Source of the DNA: Candidatus Pacebacteria bacterium CG10_big_fil_rev_8_21_14_0_10_44_54
GTDB taxonomy: Bacteria > Patescibacteriota > Microgenomatia > UBA1400 > PJMF01
Direction: 5' to 3'
Assembly (NCBI GenBank): GCA_002772695.1
Contig: PFDI01000006.1
Location: forward strand, 1,214-65,213
Length of the DNA stretch: 64,000 bases
Both the position numbers and the translations under genes were made by a program. The notes under the pieces are model-generated. The model did not search any database. It saw only the letters and a list, made by a program, of their open reading frames with translations, and had not been told where the DNA came from. Of this stretch, positions 58,869-64,000 are shown one piece after another (position 1 is the stretch's first letter; every line of letters begins with the position of its first letter).

Positions 58869-60995
58869 TTATTTCTGCCGTTCTGCGATGATTTTTTCTG
58901 TTATCGACTGCGGAACAATGTCATAATGACTTGGGAGCATCACAGAAGATGCTCGTCCCTGAGTCATACTTCTGAGAATTGTAACATAGCCCTGCATCTC
59001 TGCCAATGGTGCGAGTGCAGTGATGATTGTTGCAGCACCTCGAGAGGTCGTACCTTGAATTTGTGCGCGACGAGAGCCGAGATCGCCAATAACATCGCCC
59101 ATGAATTCTTCTGGAGTGGAAACTTCAAGTTTCATGATTGGTTCGAGCAATACCATGCCAGCAGCTTTTACACCTTCACGCATACCAAGTGATCCAGCCA
59201 TCTTGAAGGCTAACTCACTAGAATCAACATCGTGATATGAACCATCATAGAGCGCAACGGAAATATCAGTTAACTGATAACCAGCCAGAAAGCCGCGCTC
59301 GAGAGATTCTTGAATACCTTTATTGGTTGGCTCTATATACTCACGTGGAACCGATCCACCAGTAATTTCATTTTTGAATTCATAGCCAGTGCCTCGATCT
59401 TTTGGTTCCAAACGAAGCAAAACATGACCGTACTGGCCACGACCACCACTCTGTTTGATGTACTTACCTTCACCCTCACTTGCTTTGGTAATCGTCTCTT
59501 TATACGCAACTTGTGGCTTACCAACGTTGGCATCGACGCCAAATTCTCGCTTCATGCGATCAACAATAATCTCAAGATGTAGCTCACCCATACCGCCAAT
59601 TATTGTCTGGCCAGTATCGGCATTGGAGCTAATTTTAAAAGTAGGGTCTTCTTCACCGAGCTTAGCAAGTGCCATACCCATTTTTTCTTGATCAGATTTG
59701 GTTCTTGGTTCGATTGCAAGTGAGATAACTGGCTCAGAAAAGGTAATGCCCTCAAGAATAATTGGGTGTGCTTCATCACAGAGTGTGTCGCCAGTCTTAG
59801 TATCTTTTAGTCCCACAACAGCCACAATCTCACCTGCTCGCGCTTCAGTGATCTCTTCACGCTGGTTGGCATGCATTAGAAGCAAACGACCCACACGCTC
59901 TTTTTTCTTACGGGTAGAATTGTAAACGTATGTACCTGCCTTGAGAACACCTGAGTACACACGACAGTATGTGAGCTTACCCACATGTGGATCGGTTTGG
60001 ATTTTGAAAGATAGAATACTGAGTTCTTCCTCTGGTACTAGTTGGCGAACAATTGGTTCATCTGTTCTTGGATTGATGCCTTCAATGTGATCTATATCTG
60101 TTGGAGATGGTAAATACTCTACTACTGCATCAAGAACTGGTTGTACACCCGTATTCTTCAGTGATGAGCCAGCAAATACTGGGACAAGTTTGTAGGCAAT
60201 AACCGCGCGACGCAAGGCTGCTTTTAGCTCATCAATACTAATTTCTTCTTCAGCGAAAAATTTCTCAAGTAGAACATCATCTGTTTCGGCGATTGCCTCT
60301 ACAAGCTCTGCTCTCATTTTCTCGGCTTCTACTTGGAATTCTTCTGGAATATCACGGATTTCTGGTTCTGTGTCAACAGCATTGTCTTTCCAGAACAATG
60401 CCTTGCGCTCTATCAGCTGTACCACCCCGCGAAAATCATTTTCAGCTCCCATTGGCAGTACCATAACAGCTGGCTTAACACCAAATTTCACTCGAATATC
60501 CTCGACAGTTGCCAAAAAATCTGCGCCTAGTTTGTCCATTTTATTGACAAAACAAATGCGTGGCACGTTATATTTGTCGGCTTGTCGCCAAACTGTTTCT
60601 GACTGTGACTGCACACCTTCACTGGCGTCAAGCACAGTCACGCCACCATCAAGTACGCGCAAACTGCGCTCTACTTCGGCTGTAAAGTCTACATGACCTG
60701 GTGTGTCAATTATATTGAGTCGATAGGGCAGTTTATCCAAGTGAGCGTCAAAGTATGGAGTCCAGAAAGCAGTAGTCGCGGCAGAAACAATGGTAATGCC
60801 ACGCTCTTGCTCTTGTGCCATCCAATCCATAGTGGCAGCACCCTCATGCACCTCGCCGATCTTGTATGTCTTACCAGTAAAGTACAAAATGCGCTCAGTT
60901 GTGGTGGTTTTGCCAGCATCAATATGCGCAATAATACCTATATTACGAATGCGGCTTAATGGAACCTTGATGGATGTGGGTATCTGGGTAGCCAT
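58869..60995 (-). CDS. fusA: Elongation factor G
   Basis: [48 protein letters not shown]. Confidence 0.98.
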   Translation of the reverse strand: MATQIPTSIKVPLSRIRNIGIIAHIDAGKTTTTERILYFTGKTYKIGEVHEGAATMDWMAQEQERGITIVSAATTAFWTPYFDAHLDKLPYRLNIIDTPGHVDFTAEVERSLRVLDGGVTVLDASEGVQSQSETVWRQADKYNVPRICFVNKMDKLGADFLATVEDIRVKFGVKPAVMVLPMGAENDFRGVVQLIERKALFWKDNAVDTEPEIRDIPEEFQVEAEKMRAELVEAIAETDDVLLEKFFAEEEISIDELKAALRRAVIAYKLVPVFAGSSLKNTGVQPVLDAVVEYLPSPTDIDHIEGINPRTDEPIVRQLVPEEELSILSFKIQTDPHVGKLTYCRVYSGVLKAGTYVYNSTRKKKERVGRLLLMHANQREEITEARAGEIVAVVGLKDTKTGDTLCDEAHPIILEGITFSEPVISLAIEPRTKSDQEKMGMALAKLGEEDPTFKISSNADTGQTIIGGMGELHLEIIVDRMKREFGVDANVGKPQVAYKETITKASEGEGKYIKQSGGRGQYGHVLLRLEPKDRGTGYEFKNEITGGSVPREYIEPTNKGIQESLERGFLAGYQLTDISVALYDGSYHDVDSSELAFKMAGSLGMREGVKAAGMVLLEPIMKLEVSTPEEFMGDVIGDLGSRRAQIQGTTSRGAATIITALAPLAEMQGYVTILRSMTQGRASSVMLPSHYDIVPQSITEKIIAERQK

Positions 60996-61004
60996 GGCTC
61001 TTTC

Positions 61005-61481
61005 TTACCAACGGAAGTGAGCGAATGCTTTATTTGCTTCGGCCATCCTATGTGCGGTTTGCTTACGATTGATTGCCCCACCAGTATTTTCTAAAGCATC
61101 GAGCATCTCTGCAGCCAATTTTTCACCAAATGAATGAAGTTGCTTATTTGGACGCTTGTTTGACTCCTGAACTAACCAGCGCAAGGCAAGTGCCTCACTT
61201 CTGCGCGGTCGTACTGGCATAGGCACTTGGTATGCCGCACCACCAACGCGACGAGATCGCACTTCCATTTGCGGTGTGACTGCCGCAAGTACTGTTTCAA
61301 GCAGTTCGAGTGGTTTCTTCTTGGACTGTGTTGCAGCTGATTCGAGTGCTCTATAGACTTGCTTTCTTGCCACACTCTGCTTGCCATCTTTCATTACGTA
61401 ATTGATCAAACGAGAAACGGTAACAGAATGATATTTACTGTCTGGAGCTATATTTCTAACTGGTGGTCGTTTTGATCTCAT
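61005..61481 (-). CDS. rpsG: 30S ribosomal protein S7
   Basis: EVRSRRVGGA.YQVP, HRMAEANKAFAHFRW. Confidence 0.97.
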   Translation of the reverse strand: MRSKRPPVRNIAPDSKYHSVTVSRLINYVMKDGKQSVARKQVYRALESAATQSKKKPLELLETVLAAVTPQMEVRSRRVGGAAYQVPMPVRPRRSEALALRWLVQESNKRPNKQLHSFGEKLAAEMLDALENTGGAINRKQTAHRMAEANKAFAHFRW

Positions 61482-61498
61482 ATATATGGATTCTTGAA

Positions 61499-61906
61499 CT
61501 AACTACGCTTTACACCGTACTTACTGCGACTGGTCTTGCGTCCATCTACGCCAGTAGCATCGTACTTACCGCGTACAATATGATACTTCACACCAGGCAA
61601 ATCTTTAACCCGACCGCCACGAACCAACACTATGCTATGCTCAGCCAAAGAGTGGCCTTCCCCCATAATATAGGCTGTAACCTCCATCTTATTGGATAAA
61701 CGAACACGAGCAACTTTCCGCAATGCTGAGTTTGGCTTCTTTGGGGTCATAGTCTTTACCACCGTACAAACACCACGTTTTTGTGGGTTTGTTGTTTTGA
61801 CTGGTCGACCAGTTACAGAATTAAAGCTGCGACGGAGTGCGGTCGCTTTAACCTTACTTGACTTGCTTTTACGACCCTTACGAACTAATTGATTTATTGT
61901 TGGCAT
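61499..61906 (-). CDS. rpsL: 30S ribosomal protein S12
   Basis: [29 protein letters not shown]. Confidence 0.98.
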   Translation of the reverse strand: MPTINQLVRKGRKSKSSKVKATALRRSFNSVTGRPVKTTNPQKRGVCTVVKTMTPKKPNSALRKVARVRLSNKMEVTAYIMGEGHSLAEHSIVLVRGGRVKDLPGVKYHIVRGKYDATGVDGRKTSRSKYGVKRS

Positions 61907-61927
61907 ATATCTTCTCTCGAGTTCATG

Positions 61928-61936
61928 ATTTTATCA
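61928..61936 (-). promoter_or_regulatory. Extended -10 promoter for the str operon
   Basis: TGA-TAAAAT ~21 nt upstream of the rpsL ATG. Confidence 0.55.
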
Positions 61937-61966
61937 CATTCCCTGGCTGAGTGCAGGGGGAGATCA

Positions 61967-64000
61967 CTACATTCTTGCACGCTCCTCACTAGTCGGGATA
62001 AGACGACCAATTATAACGTTCTCCTTGAGACCCTGTAGTTCGTCAACTGCACCAATACTCGCGGCATCAGTCAAAATGTGTTTGGTGTGTTGAAACGAAG
62101 CTGCCGAAAGCCAAGAGTCTGTGTAGAGAGAAGATCGGGTGATACCAAGGAATAATACCTTAGCCGTTGCCGGTTCGCCACCAGCCGCAATAGTCTCTTC
62201 GTTGATTTGACTAAAGCGGCTTCGTTGCACAATTTCACCAGCCAAAAAGGAAGTATCGCCAGATGCCTCAATCTGCAACTTATCACTCATCTTGCGAACA
62301 ATGACTTCAAAATGCTTGTCGTGGATAGGAATACCTTGCGACTCGTAAACACGCTGTACCTCTCGAACAAGATGCTGTTGCACTGGCAAAAGCCCTTGCA
62401 GCTGTAGTAATTCTCTGAGGTTAATTGATCCGCCAGTCAATTGTTGACCAATATGTACTAGGTCTCCATCTTCTACAATGAGTGGCGTACGACTTGGAAC
62501 AGTGTACTCGACCTTATCCGTACTACCAATAGTAATGGTAGTTTCGTCATTCTTAGTTTTAATCCTCACTTTTCCGGCTACTTCTGCAATTAGCGCTTGA
62601 TTTTTTGGGTTGCGAGCCTCAAGCAATTCTTCAACGCGAGGAAGCCCTTGTGTCACATCAAGACCGACGATACCACCAGAGTGCTTGACACGCATGGTTA
62701 GTTGTGTTCCTGGTTCACCAATCGACTGAGCGGCAACAATGCCAACTGGAACACCGATCTGCACCATATCATGGGTGGAAAAATCCCAACCATAGCACTT
62801 CGAGCACATGCCTTTAATTGCCTGGCATGCTAGTGGTGATCGAACAAAAACTGGACTAATCTTTGCTTGTGCAATGTCTTGAGAAAGTGTAGGAGTAATG
62901 ATATCTCCCTGTTTTACAAAGACTTTCTTACCAACCTTAATCTCTTGTGCCGCAATACGACCCATGATTCTGGTTGCATAGATATCTGGACGATCTGCTT
63001 GGGAAATTTCGATACCTTCAGTCGCACCACAATCCTCAAGTCTGATAATAACATCATGCGAAACATCGCATAATCTACGTGTCAAATATCCTGCATCCGC
63101 AGTTTTGATAGCAGAGTCTGTCAGTCCTTTTCTCGATCCACGAGCCGAAGTTACATACTCAAAAATTGAAAGACCCTCACGAAAATTTGACTTGGTAGGC
63201 ATTTCTACGATGTTTCCCAAGGGATCAACAACCAAACCACGCATGGCGGCAAGTTGCTTAACCTGATCCTTAGAAGCACGAGTACCACCTGAGTTGATCA
63301 TAACTTTGACCGCATTTGTCTCAGGATATGAATTCCAAGTTTTTTCGGCAACCGTGTCGGTCGTCTTGATCCAAACGTCAAATGACAACCGCTTGCGTTC
63401 ATCAGCAGAGATACTACCTTCAAGATACTCTTCTTGGATTGTCTCAGCCTGCTTGTTTGCAAGCTCAATAATGCCATCTTTTTCTGGGATCATGGCACAA
63501 TCTGTCACCGAAACAGAAAGTCCTGAGTCAGTTGCTGCGCGAAAACCAAGGTCTTTGATGTCATCAATCAGCGCTGACACTTCTGCCTGCTCGTGAACTT
63601 GAATCGCCCGAGTAACAATCTGCTTGATTCTCTGTGCATTTACCGGCTCGTTGATAAACTCGAACGAATCTGGTAATACCGCATTAAAAAGCAGTCTCCC
63701 AACGGTTGTCTCGAGTCGTTCAAACTTTCCATTTATCTCAACACGAACAGTGATTTGTTGTCTGCGAGTGATATGACCTGTCTGGTATGCAAGTAGCGCT
63801 TCATCTGTATTGGCAAAAACTTTTGCAAATACTGGTCTGGCTTCATTAACTAAAGTTAAATAGTAAATACCCATAGCCATTTCTTTGTTTGGCACGGTAA
63901 TTGGTTCGCCATTTGCTGGCTTTAGCAAGTTGTGTGTCGCCATCATCTGACTACTTGCTTCTGCCTGTGCTTCGACAGTCAGTGGGACATGAACAGCCAT
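61967..64000 (-). CDS. rpoC: RNA polymerase beta' subunit, C-terminal part (5' end outside the window)
   Basis: Starts at MAVHVPL (just after the NADFDGD motif); RKGL.D.A.KTA.AGYLTRRL, AQSIGEPGTQLTMR, GLPRVEEL.EAR, SAASFQ, GLKENVIIGRLIP. Confidence 0.97.
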   Translation of the reverse strand: MAVHVPLTVEAQAEASSQMMATHNLLKPANGEPITVPNKEMAMGIYYLTLVNEARPVFAKVFANTDEALLAYQTGHITRRQQITVRVEINGKFERLETTVGRLLFNAVLPDSFEFINEPVNAQRIKQIVTRAIQVHEQAEVSALIDDIKDLGFRAATDSGLSVSVTDCAMIPEKDGIIELANKQAETIQEEYLEGSISADERKRLSFDVWIKTTDTVAEKTWNSYPETNAVKVMINSGGTRASKDQVKQLAAMRGLVVDPLGNIVEMPTKSNFREGLSIFEYVTSARGSRKGLTDSAIKTADAGYLTRRLCDVSHDVIIRLEDCGATEGIEISQADRPDIYATRIMGRIAAQEIKVGKKVFVKQGDIITPTLSQDIAQAKISPVFVRSPLACQAIKGMCSKCYGWDFSTHDMVQIGVPVGIVAAQSIGEPGTQLTMRVKHSGGIVGLDVTQGLPRVEELLEARNPKNQALIAEVAGKVRIKTKNDETTITIGSTDKVEYTVPSRTPLIVEDGDLVHIGQQLTGGSINLRELLQLQGLLPVQQHLVREVQRVYESQGIPIHDKHFEVIVRKMSDKLQIEASGDTSFLAGEIVQRSRFSQINEETIAAGGEPATAKVLFLGITRSSLYTDSWLSAASFQHTKHILTDAASIGAVDELQGLKENVIIGRLIPTSEERARM

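Noticed and set aside
42281-60959. Long plus-strand ORFs opposite ribosomal, rpoA, tuf and fusA genes (e.g. 42596-43219, 51649-52191, 53407-53988)
   Set aside because: Typical antisense open frames caused by codon bias in highly expressed genes
1-64000. CRISPR array, rRNA, introns/inteins, alternative genetic code
   Set aside because: No regularly spaced repeats or rRNA seen; recA, fusA, tuf and the rpoC part are uninterrupted; TGA, TAA and TAG all end conserved genes at expected positions

Overview
A gene-dense bacterial chromosome segment using the standard code (TGA is a stop). It is most consistent with a Patescibacteria/CPR genome, probably Microgenomates-like. This is an inference from the missing rpmD (uL30), many GT-C glycosyltransferases, DUF4012, an orphan OppA-like protein behind secG, and minimal intergenic space. 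The left part holds hydrolases, rmuC, a TrpR-like gene, metG and tatD, a lipid-linked glycosylation cluster (GT2, GT-C, WecA/MraY-like, UbiA/DPPR-synthase-like, PMT-like) and a small-ORF/alkA/UvrD-nuclease repair operon. Next comes a Crp/Fnr-led islet of small membrane proteins flanked by gene remnants beside tRNA-Pro(GGG). It is followed by recA, a structured RNA candidate, rny, secG, an operon of hydrolase, membrane MurF-like ligase and a DegT-FemAB fusion, then cyclophilin, DUF4012, prfB, ftsEX with a circularly permuted M23 peptidase, HU and an ABC-2 exporter. The right ~23 kb is the minus-strand rpoC-str-S10-spc-alpha-L13/S9 super-operon. I saw no CRISPR array, integrase, transposase or rRNA. 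The best novelty candidates are the DegT-FemAB fusion operon, the permuted M23 partner of FtsEX, the Crp islet, the 6S-like RNA before rny and the recA operator palindrome. All calls come from reading motifs by eye; no searches were run.
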